A stretch of DNA of 64,000 nucleotides from Dicyema japonicum. Lineage: Eukaryota; Animalia; Dicyemida. A model generated the notes under the pieces. That model was not told the DNA's origin. It saw only the letters and a list, made by a program, of their open reading frames with translations, and did no database searches. Location: assembly GCA_011109175.1 (NCBI GenBank), contig RDEW01000025.1:403990-467989 (forward strand), given 5' to 3'. Position numbers and translations under genes: made by a program. Shown here piece by piece: positions 49,848 through 62,309 of the stretch. Each line of letters opens with the position of its first letter. Position 1 is the first letter of the stretch.

Positions 49848-50120
49848 TTTTACGTGAAGCCATATTATCTATAGCTCCGCTCAGACAGGACACACTTTAT
49901 TTAAGTAAAGAACAGTTATTACTAATCGTAGAGGGAAACCAAGAAATGCTTTTCACTTCTTTATAGACGATCCGGTTCCGCATTGAAATGTTCACTGATG
50001 ACGGCGTCACTCGTCAAGCCAAAGCATCGTAGATGCGTGGAACCTTAAACCGAAATGTACATCAGCGGGATTCGAACTAGGGGCTATCCGGCACTCGTTG
50101 CACTGTGCCACCTAGCCTCT
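49848..50120 (-). mobile_element. tRNA-derived SINE, variant head
   Basis: The minus strand has an A-box-like ggtggcacagtg and the B-box agttcgaatccc, followed by the SINE body. Confidence 0.85.
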
Positions 50121-50689
50121 GTAGTAGTTCCGGGGTCTTGGACATTTCTCTTCAGTTTTGGACTATTGCTCGCTTCGATGAGATGCAAATCATGCGATGG
50201 ACTCTGGTTGAGAAAGAAGCTCGAAATGGAGGTAATCACAGGGAACGATTTCGCAATCCTGGTTTTTGACTTTATTTGTCTCTTTTTAAAAATAAGTATC
50301 TCCTATTAATGGCACATGTAATTAAAAGAGCCGATCCACTGGTTTTTTTGCTAAAGAAGTTTTTTCTAATGTGGACTTAATCCATTCATAACATACATGG
50401 GTGATGTTTATGCATTATTAGTAATCAGTCCTCTTCCATTTTTTGCAGAACTTACAGACTGCAAAGAACAAGTTATGTCCTAAATTAGATAATATAAGGC
50501 TTCAGAACATTGATGATTATTTTTAAGGGTCAATGAGAAGAGTTCATAATATCCCTCGTATCCCTCGGCCAAAATTTTGTATAGGAGAGCGCAGATTCTT
50601 CTTATTTATTCGATCTAGGAGTAACTTAAGTTGTCACTAATTTTTTAAGGGTAAAAACAAACTTTTTTTTTTTATTTTTTTCATTTTCA

Positions 50690-51000
50690 ACACCTCCTCT
50701 GGAAACATATAATTTTCCAGATGCTGAATAAATTCCCAATTGGACTGAGAAATGACGAGTAAGGGGTAATGAACATAGATATTGTCCTTAAATGATGAAT
50801 ACAGACATAATCAAAGATTTTGGGTCTTCAATTCACTCTTCATAACAAAGATTTTAAGGATTCCAGAAAAAGTAGTCATTGATGCAATTTCTGATGCTGA
50901 TGGCTTTTGCAGGAATATAGGGAGAAGTAGTTTTCCTATTCTTGGTCTTGAGGATACTGAAAATCTACCTCATTATAGTTTTAAGATGTTCTTTTATCCA
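50690..51000 (-). mobile_element. Tc1/IS630-type transposase remnant
   Basis: The minus frame PYSSFLSPIGNLFSIWK matches the PYSPxLNPIE motif. Confidence 0.6.
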
Positions 51001-52511
51001 AAAAATATATTTCCCCTTATCCTAATGTTAATAATTACAAAGTACTTTATTGGTCGGAAAAGTGACGCTATTGGTCAGGAAACTGACTTAATGATCGGGA
51101 AACCCTATATGTAATAAAAAAGTGCATATTAAGTTACCAAACTATCAATTCTTCTGTTAACCTACGTAGATAATATTTTAAACATTTTTGACTTTTGAAT
51201 TACGACTTTTCGTACATCAAGGTAGATGGCCCCTACTTGGTGGCTAACGTACATTACTGTCAGTGATCACTCCCATCTAGGAATGGCTATCTCCTCTACT
51301 TCTAACGCGGTTTATTTCCGTGCCGCGTTTACTTAGTGAGAATTGAATTGATCATCTGTCTCTTTTGATAGTGCTTGGAGAGCAGTTCAATCCTATTGCT
51401 CAGATCATTATAGCATACACTCTGGCGACTTAGATAAAATGAAGGTATTCTTGGTCACCAAACTCTCTTTTATTTCGGAAAGTTAGTAGTGAAGTAGACT
51501 TTAAAAAGATGAACATTCAGCAAAATAAGAAGATCGATAAACAATCTTACCTGACAGGATTTTGATAGTTATCTTTACGATCTACTGGACTGCGTAGTAA
51601 AGTTAAACTTCGCATAGGTCTTTGTAGTTACGGTCAAATTAACCTATTTTCTTCCGTCATCAAAATCTTAGAGAGTGATACACAAAAGCTACTCCAGGAA
51701 TCCATAAGAGACATCCCTTCAGACATCATTCAACGATGGGCTATCCTGTAATGATCGTCTGAATATTTAGCTTTCAGTTCTGAGAAGACGCACAGAGAAA
51801 AGAGTACACAATGCTGTTCTTTGACGTGGAGAAGGCGTTCGACATAGTTGAAGAAAGTTACCTAGGGTGACGTTTACCTCAAAGTTAGTTTACTGGAACA
51901 CATTGCTCTCATTATGTGGGGGTCTGCATAACAAACGGAAGCTCTTGGAACATTTCGTCTGAAACGAGAAGCGTTAACACAACTGTTGCCAACATATAGT
52001 TCCCCAGTCTCTTCAAAATATTTTTGGTCAGCCATCTTTAACATCCGTTAAGATGTTTTAAATAGTAAATCGTAATATTTCCTAGATAATTCAATAAAAT
52101 ATGGTAAACACAAGAGGATCTTAAAATTTTACTTAACCAGAAGAGTTCTCTATTTTATAATAGGTATAAAAAACGTAAGTATAAATTTTAACAAAGCATA
52201 TTAAGTTCAAAGAATCTTGATTTACTTTTTTTGTTGTATGTTGTGTAGATAAACCCGAAAGTACTGAAAGCGAGAACGAAAACAAGCTCTTAGAATCCAT
52301 TAGCAGGATTGTGGAGGATCGGATCAATGGTTTCAGGAGGAGATCAAAGATCCAGGTCACGTATATAAAGCTGGGAGAAAAGTCCTGAAAAAGTACTTCG
52401 AGTTCTTAGTCAAAAATCAATTCGGGGACGTATACGTCCTCCATGTATTCATTCACGAGAAAGAAATTGAATTTGGGTAATTGTTGTTAATAATGGCTTG
52501 AATTGTTAGGT

Positions 52512-52630
52512 CGCGTCATGTGGTTCACCATCTCTGGTGGATCAGATCTGATCCTAAATTATATCCAAAAGGACCATTAGTCAGCAACCATCAAGAAGAC
52601 TGCTGGGGGAGCCCGGGATCACCTGATTTT
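52512..52630 (+). mobile_element. Candidate non-autonomous derivative of about 120 bp (5' head plus 3' end) of the Ingi/Vingi-like family
   Basis: The head is homologous to 36244-36319 and is followed within about 40 nt by cccgggatcacctga. Confidence 0.4.
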
Positions 52631-52719
52631 TTTCATTCTGGCCATGACAGTGTTTTTCTAGCTATATATCTTAATTTAAGGTCATAAAGCAACCGCCCTG
52701 ACTTGGATGCGTGCCAATT

Positions 52720-53470
52720 TCCAGTGGAGTAGGTTTCAATCTATCTTTTGCTTTTAGACAATCGCGTTGATGTTGATAGAATCAATTCTAATGAGATGTC
52801 CTAATTAATGAAAAATGTCAATATTTTCGAAATGATGAATCAGTTCTATAGTCTACTTTCATCCTTTCTCTTAGGGTACTACCTAATTCCTTCGTCTTCC
52901 GGAGTGCAATAACGAGATCCCGTTGGAACCCTGTTATTCTGTCATCAAACATTTCCGTTTCCACTCAACCTGTGGTATCTAGATGATGCGGTTCTCAGAG
53001 AACTCCCAGAAACTGTCTTCCAAGATTATTGAGTCATCTTTGCGAATTTACTATTTCAGATTCGGAGGGCTTGGAACTTATAGCTCTATATACACTTCTC
53101 TTCCTTCATATCTCTCTTACCTAATGGCCTGTAATACATTTTTCAAGATGATTACACACTCTCTCCGAATTCTCTATTGACCAGGACATGAACCATGCAC
53201 GTGAAGGATGGAGCCGTACCTACCGTTTGTTCCACCTTTCATTTGAAGACCTACTAGTGTAATCTAACCAACACTGTCTGCTTGTTCGTTGTCGGGAACG
53301 TCTTTGAAAGTGAAGCCCAGCTCAAACGACTCGGATTGAAAATCTGTGGATCCATGCGATACGAGGGCAAGATTGAATGTTTTGGTCTGCACCCACTCTC
53401 ATGTAGGAAGAGTGTGGACGGGACCAGATTGAACTCCCATTCGTGCTCAAAACCTGCAAGCAATAATGGA
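52720..53470 (+). mobile_element. CRE-clade RT and zinc-knuckle fragments
   Basis: Frames give SSGVQ*RDPVGTLLFC, WYLDDA and GLHPLSCRKS. Confidence 0.75.
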
Positions 53471-53605
53471 GACTGGTCATAAAAACAATATTTAACAAAA
53501 TTTGATAAAAAAAGTTTAATTTGGTTAACTGATCTTAATGTATGTTGTTTGTAAATTATGAAATTAATTATGTAATAAACCACGTAATATTCAAATAATA
53601 ATAAA

Positions 53606-54970
53606 TGTGACCGGTTGAATACGAGCCCAGGTTGAATACGAGCCGTTAAAGGCGTTATACGTGGCGTTAAAGCCGTTAGAAATCAATAATTTTTTTTAAT
53701 GAAAAATAAATCAATGAATTAATTAATTCCTATCTTTATAATGATTAGTAATTTTAATAATTTAAATTTCTCACAAATTTTCATTTTTTAACGGCTAACA
53801 TCAGATAGAATAGTAATAGATTTTTGCTCACGCTTGTTTTTGTTTTTTGTTATGAAGGTTGTCTACTTTACTCTGCTACAAAAGCAAGAAATAATAACCT
53901 ATCTGAGATACCAAATTTTACCATCCAATTTGCTGAAGGAGAAACGAAATTTCATAAGAACTGCGTCATTATTCAGACTAAAAGACTCATTGCCGGCTCA
54001 ACTATTTTTTTCAAAACAAGTGGAATTTTATTGCACGTGTTCGCTGTGGAAGAAGATGAACAGAAGAGGATATTTATTGAAAATGTTCACCTCAAAAATG
54101 GACATCCTGGTCGTGATAGACTTCTTTCTAAAGAATCTAGTCTATGGATCTTGCAGAGATGAAGTTATGTTGCTTGCTTTTGGTTGGGATGGATTCCTTT
54201 TCCAAATTTTGCTGGACAAGACCTCTAAAGAGTAAATCGGCTACGGAGGTGTCAAGTACAATAAAGAGCACAATTTTAATGTTTGGAAAACCAACTATTT
54301 TGCACACGGACAATGGCAAGGAGTTTGTAAATGAAAAAATGTTCGAGTTATGCTCAACATTTGGTATAAAACACGTCAGGGGACGTCCTAGGTGTCCTTG
54401 GGTGCAGGGACAAGTTGAGCGTCTGAATCAGACATTGAAATTTATGATTTCTTCAACCTGCTTTTCAAAGAATTTGAATTTCAAAAGGATAAACATAATT
54501 GAAGAAATTACAAGTTCCTATAATTCTTTACAGCATTCAACAACGTTGCACGCTCCTTTTAAATTGATGTTCGGAGCTTCTGCCAATGAAACCATAAATA
54601 ATCATTACTCAGAAGAGGAAGTGAATGAAATATTCAACCAAATTGATTTATGGAATGAAGAAACACAAACTGAAGCAACTGAATATCTTGCATGGTTTTG
54701 GTCATCAAATGAAACTTTGAGAACAAAAGCAATTTTAAATTCAAACATTGCTGAAAGAAAAATGTTAACTAGAAGAAGGTGGAAGAATGATATTTCTATC
54801 TTTAACATTTATCTTGATAATAATAAAAAATACGAAAAAGTGGCTTAAACGAACACATTGATACATTCATATATCATGTTAAAGGAATATCTGATACAGG
54901 AATGATTGATTTAGAAGGAGAAGATGGAAGTGTGATTCAAGAAAATAGCAGAGACTTAGCAAAGCTAGAA
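53606..54970 (+). mobile_element. Ginger-type (Gypsy-like integrase) DNA transposon, frameshifted and truncated
   Basis: The DD35E triad is present (MDL, HTDNGKEF, GQVERLN; 35 residues between D and E). The upstream HLKNGHPGRD is the half zinc-binding motif. The candidate terminus is TGTGACC with a 15-bp repeat ggttgaatacgagcc x2. No RT/RNase H, LTR or second TIR was seen. Confidence 0.7.
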
Positions 54971-55234
54971 TAATTTTACAATATAAATTTCTCAATTTTT
55001 TCTAATAAAAACAGTTATTATTATTTTTGATCATTTATAAAATCATTAGAGTTAGGAGTTCTTAAGCTTTCAGCTTTGCATCAGAGATAGGAAAACTTAG
55101 GGATATATATTAGAGTTATACAACGAACAGAACGTAAGAAAACTAACAATTTGACGAGACACAGCTGAAACACACATTTTGAATTGAAGTTGCAAAATCA
55201 CCAATGTAACTAAGAGAAAAAGTATCCATTAAGT

Positions 55235-55270
55235 CAGGGGTGTCGAACTCATTTCCCTTTGAAGGCCGCA
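55235..55270 (+). mobile_element. hAT (Charlie/Buster-type) terminal inverted repeat
   Basis: The sequence is CAGGGGTGTCGAACTC followed by gaaggccgca. The partner end was not found. Confidence 0.55.
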
Positions 55271-56142
55271 TTGACAAGATGATAGTCGGCTCGATATACT
55301 GGTTGTAGAGATGCTCAATGCCGAGTTGTAAGATCTTCTGTAATGTCCAAGGAGACCTTCACGAAGTTTCTTTGAGAAGAAGATAGCATGTTATTTAATG
55401 CGTCCGAAAATCATCAGGAAAAGTCATTTAGTGACGTTTTTCTGTTTAGTAGAAATTTTAATTCAATAAAATTTATATTATCAATAATTAAAGTGATGTA
55501 AATTATATTTTTTAATGTTGTGGATAATTTGACTAGTTTAAAGCAAATTTGTTCAGATATAAAACTTCATTTTTTCAAAAATTTAAAGTTCAATCATTAA
55601 TACGGGACGATTGCCATTTTGTTTGATTGGCTGTTTAAATCCAGAAAGTAAGAACTGCAAAAAGGAATCTCATCATGTTGCACAGGTAATCAAATTTTGG
55701 CTATCAAATGGATCCAATTCTTATAAAAAATAAACAAAATTTAAGCATTTAAAAATTGTGTTCCTAGTGAAATTAGAAGGCATTTATGTATTAATTCTCA
55801 ATTCGAATTATTCAAATTAATTTCACACTTTTTAAAATAAGATTAGCTTCAAAACACAATACGTAACTATATTTGTAATATTTCACCGGCAACTAAAAAT
55901 CTTGTTATTTATATTTCCACGAATGACTCTGTTATAGTTATTGTTGAGTTGAAATTTATGCATATTTCTAAAAAATGGGGTTTAGAAATAATTCAATTGA
56001 AACAGGAAAGATGAGGAAATTACACGGAGTATAAAATTTCATGAAACGGGATACGTTATGAAGATTCTACCAGTCTTCGATATAGTGCAACTCTGAGGAA
56101 TAGCATTAGCTCCATTAACGAAAATCAACTAGTGAATGAACT

Positions 56143-57060
56143 ATGGGAGGAATAGCAGCCTCTAGTGTTTTGAGTCCCACCCTCAAACCCAGTCACAAAC
56201 AAAGCAGTCTGGATATAAGACAAATATCTGATATACAAAAAGATCTCAGGATCCAATCTGAAAAAAAACAAGTGCACCGGAAAAAATTAACTTGCTCAGC
56301 ACCCAATGGGACAGTCCTTACAAAATTAAACTTGCCATGAAGGAAGTAGATAGTGAAACTTTCTGAAATAAGATATATAAAACGGTCAAAATCCGTAGAG
56401 TCAGAAAACCGGAAATTCGATGTAATCGATACCAAAAATAAAAACAATTTGTCGAATATTCATCCCTAAAAACATAATCATGTGAAACAATACCCAGGAA
56501 ATGTGTAAAACAGATTTGTATCAAAAATACAAATGAATTAATTGGTGGACAATAATGTTTACCCACTGAAAGACAATCCAAATTAGAGGACATGTAAAAA
56601 TATATCAGCAGAATAAAGTTTATTAAACACGTTCTCATTGCCTATTTCTCGTATAGCTATATCTGAGTCTTAGTAAGTACTACAACAGCCTTGCAGTGTT
56701 CTTGAGAAGGGGAGGGTCTATAATTTGATTGGGATGTGTCACTATGTCAGAAGGAATTACGGCAAGGAATACCACTACCAAACACTGGTTAGTCTATTTG
56801 ATTCTTGAAGAGACTCGATTTTGGGGAGATAAGGTGGGGATGGCAAATGCTATGATTGACATTGGGATTTGTCTCCAAATTTGAGGATATCCAGTAAAGC
56901 CATTGAGTCTGTAAAAAGAATCATTTTACATATTAACGAGAATCTCCACATATTGGGGAAGGTTTATCGCGAGAAGGGGGATTCATTTAGGCAAATGGGG
57001 AGTATATAGAAGCTATAAAATTGTAGAAAATGTTCATTGACAAATCAAAAATATTGAAGA
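56143..57060 (+). pseudogene. TPR-repeat protein relic
   Basis: Peptides EKGRVYNLIGMCHY, DKVGMANAMIDIGIC and GKVYREKGDSFRQMG are TPR-like. There is a 23-nt GT-AG intron at 56788-56810, plus multiple stops and frameshifts. Confidence 0.4.
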
Positions 57061-58199
57061 AAGAAGGAACTGTCGCAAAAAACATTTCCTGACTTTGTTT
57101 CGACGTGTTTCTGTTAAATATTCGTACTGAAAAACATTATTTAATGAAATTATAACAGAATTTGGAGGAATGTCTATGGCATGCTCACCTTAGCTTATTT
57201 AAATTGTGATGAAATGGGAATTTTTCAATAACTCACATGAGTGGACACACTTGTTATAATAACAATAGATATTTATGTTTCAATAGCGAAAAACAATAAA
57301 ATATTCAATATATTGTGTGTTTCAACAATATTCAATATATTTTCTGTATCACTACTGAAAAATAATAAATATACTGCGGAAATAAGCTTATTTGTGGTTA
57401 CCCAAATATTAATATTTTGATAGCTGATGTCACACACGATTGGATGACTAAATTTTCTGGCTTATTTTGATGAGTGGACTTGTTTAACAAAAATTCGAAT
57501 TCTTCAGAATATTGCTGGGAATACGGAATTTTAGCGCCCAATAAGAAATTATTACAAAATTTTCTTCAAAAAATATCAAAAATAGTGGTAAAAAATAAAT
57601 TAAAACCAATTAAATTATTATTAAGAAACAAATAAAATAATCAGTTAATTTATCCCCAGTAAAGCATATTTAAAACTGCCATCCATCAAAAGTGGACCCC
57701 GCCGACATTATCGACGTTGCGTTGCCTCTCACGATTGCAACAGAGATCAACTGGAGTAGCCACCGGGTCTCAAAATTAAAATATATTTTCAAATAAAAAA
57801 ATAAAACAAGTAGAATGAAAAAATAAATTAAATTCAGAACCGAAAAATCGAATAGTGGAGAATAATCCATATTTGTAGGTAATCAAAATATACATTTTAC
57901 ATTTTGATGACGACTTTCGACACTATTTGATAAATCGAATAATATATATAACATTGAAGAAAAAATATGACAATGCACGAGAAAAAGCAGATACAATAAA
58001 GAACAAAAGAACCAACCACAACGAATTGGCAACCATGCGTCAAATAGTATAATAATGTATTAGAGGGTTGGCCATCTAATAAAAAAATTTTAAAAAATAA
58101 ATATTAAATTAATTTAGATAATTCAAAATTTATCGAGAATTAATAAATTTAACTATAATTGATGGAGTTTGCCTTCAGGATAGCAACGTAGCCAAGAAC

Positions 58200-59120
58200 C
58201 AATTCAATACTTGATTTTCATCAGTTGCGCTTAATATACTATGCCTCCATTCTTTTTTCCATCGATTTGTAAATATTTTTGTATCATCAAAGACTGGACA
58301 TTGGTGGGTTATTAAACACGCCGACGATAAGATTAATGACTTTCATCCTTCCATCTGATAGCGTCATTGACTTCACATTATTCAAGAAAGTCGGCATTCA
58401 AATTGAAATTGGTTCTTCTAAGGGTCTAGGCTTTCCATTGAATGTGGGAATTGCTGTAGTACATTAAAAAGTTTCTCAAAATGTGGTTGCAAACACCTCC
58501 GCTTGCTCTTCAGTATTCAGTAATGTCTTGTCATTTTTGTCTTTGATGATTATTCGTTTTTTCCGGTTTGTGTGGCGTAGTAAACGAGCTGCCATATACA
58601 GCAATCTTGGAAATAGAGCAAATGAGGCTGATCGGTTTATAGTTGATAGGGTTCCTCCCCGACTTTCCCGGTTTGAGTACCATTCTGATAATAAACACTT
58701 CCATCGTATTGGGACATATCCATGAGTAATACTCGCGTTAAATAGATTCTTCAGCACAAGCAGCAGATCATCCGACCCTTCCTTGAACAATCTCATACTT
58801 ATATGATCATGTCCAGGGGCGTTGGCCTTGCATGTTCTGATCGCATTTATAACGTCCTCTATCATTATTCCATTTCGGTATCATTAAGATCATCCAGAGA
58901 GTACGTTAGGAGTTCTTCTGTAGCTTTCAACTTTTTCCCTGGGATTAGCTCCATTGGGTTGACCCCCTGGATATGCTCCAGTTGCTTCTTAAAGACAGCT
59001 GGAGCTTCTTCCATGGAGCATGATCCTCTGGTTTGGTCAAAGAGATTTTTGCATCCTTTAAGTTCTGGCCAGTTAATCTTTTGTAGAACTTCCTGAAAAT
59101 CTGTAAAGTTATTTGGTGAC
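58200..59120 (-). mobile_element. Jockey/CR1-like RT fragments
   Basis: Frames give NAPGHDHISMRLFKE...GYVPIRWK and FDDTKIF. Confidence 0.75.
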
Positions 59121-60799
59121 ACATACGTGTTCTAGAAGATCGATGTCTTTAAAGCAACTGTAGCGATGAATCTACAAAGGTTCCCCATAAGCTGTTGAGA
59201 CTAACTCCTTTCTATACTCTTGTGAATAGAACTGGAGACTAAGTCAATAATTATTGTTTGAGACCGCAGTCCTGACTGCTTGCTATTATTTTTCTTGAGT
59301 GAAAGATGAATACACTCGAATATTCAAAAACGTTTGTGAGACTCTCATGAGCAAGATAAGATTTCTGAGTCTTTTGAGAAAGTTAGAGAGAATGTTTGAG
59401 AAGTCTGAAGGTTTCCAAGATACTTCACTGAGGAGACTGGAGTGGACGCTAGAAATTGTTGGGAGGTCTTTCCATTATACATAGCACTCTGAGTGACTTA
59501 TTACTACGAATCTGATATCTTTAACGCATTTAACAATGTCAGATGGGATTGCTCCCTTGAAACATGTGCTCACCCGGTACCTGAGACCTTAAAACTGGTC
59601 GAACTGGCGTATGGTTCGAACAGCAATAATCTTATTTTCAATTTAATAATTTTTTGAATTTATTTAATTTACGAATAAATTTTATTCGGTGACGTTTGAT
59701 TGAATTCTTTAATCTACCAATTATTCCACGTTGCAGCAACATTGTCCGAGAGATCGCCCACATTCATTGATTACTATAAAACTCAAAATCAATTTGATCC
59801 GTTCAATTAACGATAGAAGTGAGCGAATGAATTTAGAAATCGACGAAAGGGAATATCGTAGATTTTATCATTCCATCTACCAACTTTTGGCGCAATAGGT
59901 CATTAAGACAATGTCGAATCTGATTTTCCTTTGCATAAATAAAGGATTTGGTTTGAAAGTGCAAACCATCAACTAATATTCCTTATGCTTACCACAAAAG
60001 TGCAGAAAATTAATCTCAAAGTCAACTTGACAGAAGCATTTTTGCTGAAAAAGTTGTTATTGACAAAACCAATATTCAGGTGCAGTATATACACAGATAC
60101 ATGATATTGTTGTACAAGATTGAAGGTTTTATATAAAAATTACTTAATTGTTAGGAATCTAAAAATATTTTAATCTGGATTTTCTGCTAATAACGTTTTT
60201 TCCATTACAAAAACTGGAAAACAACGTATTTCTCAATACAAATACAGCTATTTGAAAAATCTCATTCTACGTCTCTTCATTCCACATAAAGACAGTTCTG
60301 ACTTCGATTTCAGCTACCCTGACAATGTCCTCTGGATCATTGTGCTTGGATGAGGGCTTACTAGAACTCGTCAGGATCACAGGATTATTTGTTTGGTTTT
60401 ACACTTGGACTTTGTAATAATTAATTTATTTTTTATTGATAAATTTTATTTTATAGATGAAAGCAACTAGAATGTAATCAATTTATTCCGTCGACTTTAT
60501 TGATACGGCGCTTCCTCTATGGACCGGTATAACGACCAACAGGATGAGTTTTTTGCAATCACTTTCATCGTGGCTTCTGAGCGAGGCTATACGTCGAGTT
60601 GATTAAGATCAAGGACTTGTTCCTTGTTGCTCCAATTTTAGGTAAAAATTCTGAATTTATAATCAAAAAATTCGCTCTAATAATAACACGTGACATTCAA
60701 TATCCTCTCTTTACCTCTCATCAGAACCCTGTAGTGGACTATTTATTAAATAAGTACATACTTTTCCTAAACTTTGAGGCTACACAGAGGAAAAAAATT

Positions 60800-61860
60800 G
60801 GACGAAATTATCCTGGGTCACATGGATCTCTGTTGGCCTCTAAGATTGGGATTATTATCGATTCCTTCAAAGAATAGACACATAATCCGAACTAAGAATC
60901 CTAGAAAATAGCCGTGGTGGGATGTGATATATATTCGCATTCTTTGTCAGATCACTTATTTTCTGCCAGTCAATTTTGATGAAAGAAAGGTTCCTTGACG
61001 GATGGGATTTTTGAGGTTTCGGCTTGTCTTGTTCATTTTTATTTGCCCTATAATAGAATAATATGCCATTAGATAGTCTGTTTGGATTATTTCGTTTGTG
61101 GGTGTTTGGTGATTCCAGACGAGTGGAAGGTTGTGTGAGGTTGTCTCATCTCTTGGAAATACATTTCAGGGTGTTCTAATTAATCCAAGGATGAAACCCA
61201 AGGGAGAATTTTTGCTTGTGCCTATCAAATCCATCCTTCAATAGACTATTACAGGCTTCAGAAAAGGAGAAATAGGTCCGCCCTATTACATTTACATCAC
61301 ACGTTCTCCCTCACGGATATCACTTCATTCTTTGGCGGAAGAGTTTTCACCAGTGGATTTTTGGTCAGGGAGAAAGTAGGAAGATCCTTTTCAACTACTG
61401 TGTCGTGCAAAAAGGACTAGTCGCCTCAACAGTAGGATCTGTTTGACAAGAATTGACCTTCTCTGAAAACTACATCATTGGGATACGAAACCACGACCTT
61501 CAGATCAGATATCATCCGACGTTATGTTCAGCCAAAAGGCCAAAGTCTGCTTGCTGTGTTTATAATTATAATAATAACACCAGAGACCACAATCACACAA
61601 ACTAACTAATCACGTGATCCCAGCACGCTCTAGCAGGGACCTCATCTTGGCCGATGCTCCTCTCTCGTCCCCGCACAAGCACGTATCGGTCGATTGACTG
61701 GACCTTCGCAGTCATGACGGCGCGATCCGTGGTTCATTCTTATCAAGGTTTCAAGAGGCATTGGTGGCTGGAGCTCTCCAGAAATCCAGCGTTCCGTGAC
61801 TTTGGAGCTCTACTCCGGATAGCCTCGATCTTCAAGACATTCGCCCAAGAAATGCCCAAA
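60800..61860 (-). mobile_element. Stacked CR1-like 3' fragments
   Basis: It is homologous to 14826-15262 and contains the terminal motif at 61599-61623. Confidence 0.6.
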
Positions 61861-61987
61861 AATTATTATTATTATTTTATATGTCCCAAGAATAATCAAC
61901 TTAAATATAAAATTATTATAATTTTGAATTTTTATTAAAATTAATTAATTCAAATAATTAATTTGAAAAAATATTATTGTGGGGCGG

Positions 61988-62309
61988 ATGGACTATGAAC
62001 TCAAAGAAATGGAAAGACTGAGAAAAGAGATAGAAGCTGAAATCTTAGCAAATATGGAGTATTTAAAGAGCGTAGGTAATATTATAACCTAAAAGTTCGA
62101 AATTGATTCCAAAGATTCAGTCCTTGACGATGAAGGGTACCCTCGCAGTGATATCGACGTGGTAGAAGTAAGGAAGGCAAGAAACAAAATAGCATGTAAT
62201 TATTATTTTTATTGGCTTAGGCCTTAGAAATGACTATAAATCGATAACAAATGAGATCGAGAAAAAGTTGCACGAGATTTATGCTCACATGAATCAGAAT
62301 AAAATCTAA
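61988..62309 (+). CDS. PSMD9: Proteasome assembly chaperone PSMD9/Nas2, N-terminal domain only, 90 aa
   Basis: Introns lie at 62072-62095 (24 nt) and 62196-62220 (25 nt). The spliced protein contains LDDEGYPRSDIDVVEVRKARNKIACLRNDYKSITNEIEKKLH, the Nas2_N signature, and stops at TAA 62307-62309. Confidence 0.85.

Noticed and set aside
59700-60420. Possible decayed gene with intron-like segments
   Set aside because: There are many stops in all frames and no identifiable motif, which is not enough to support a call.
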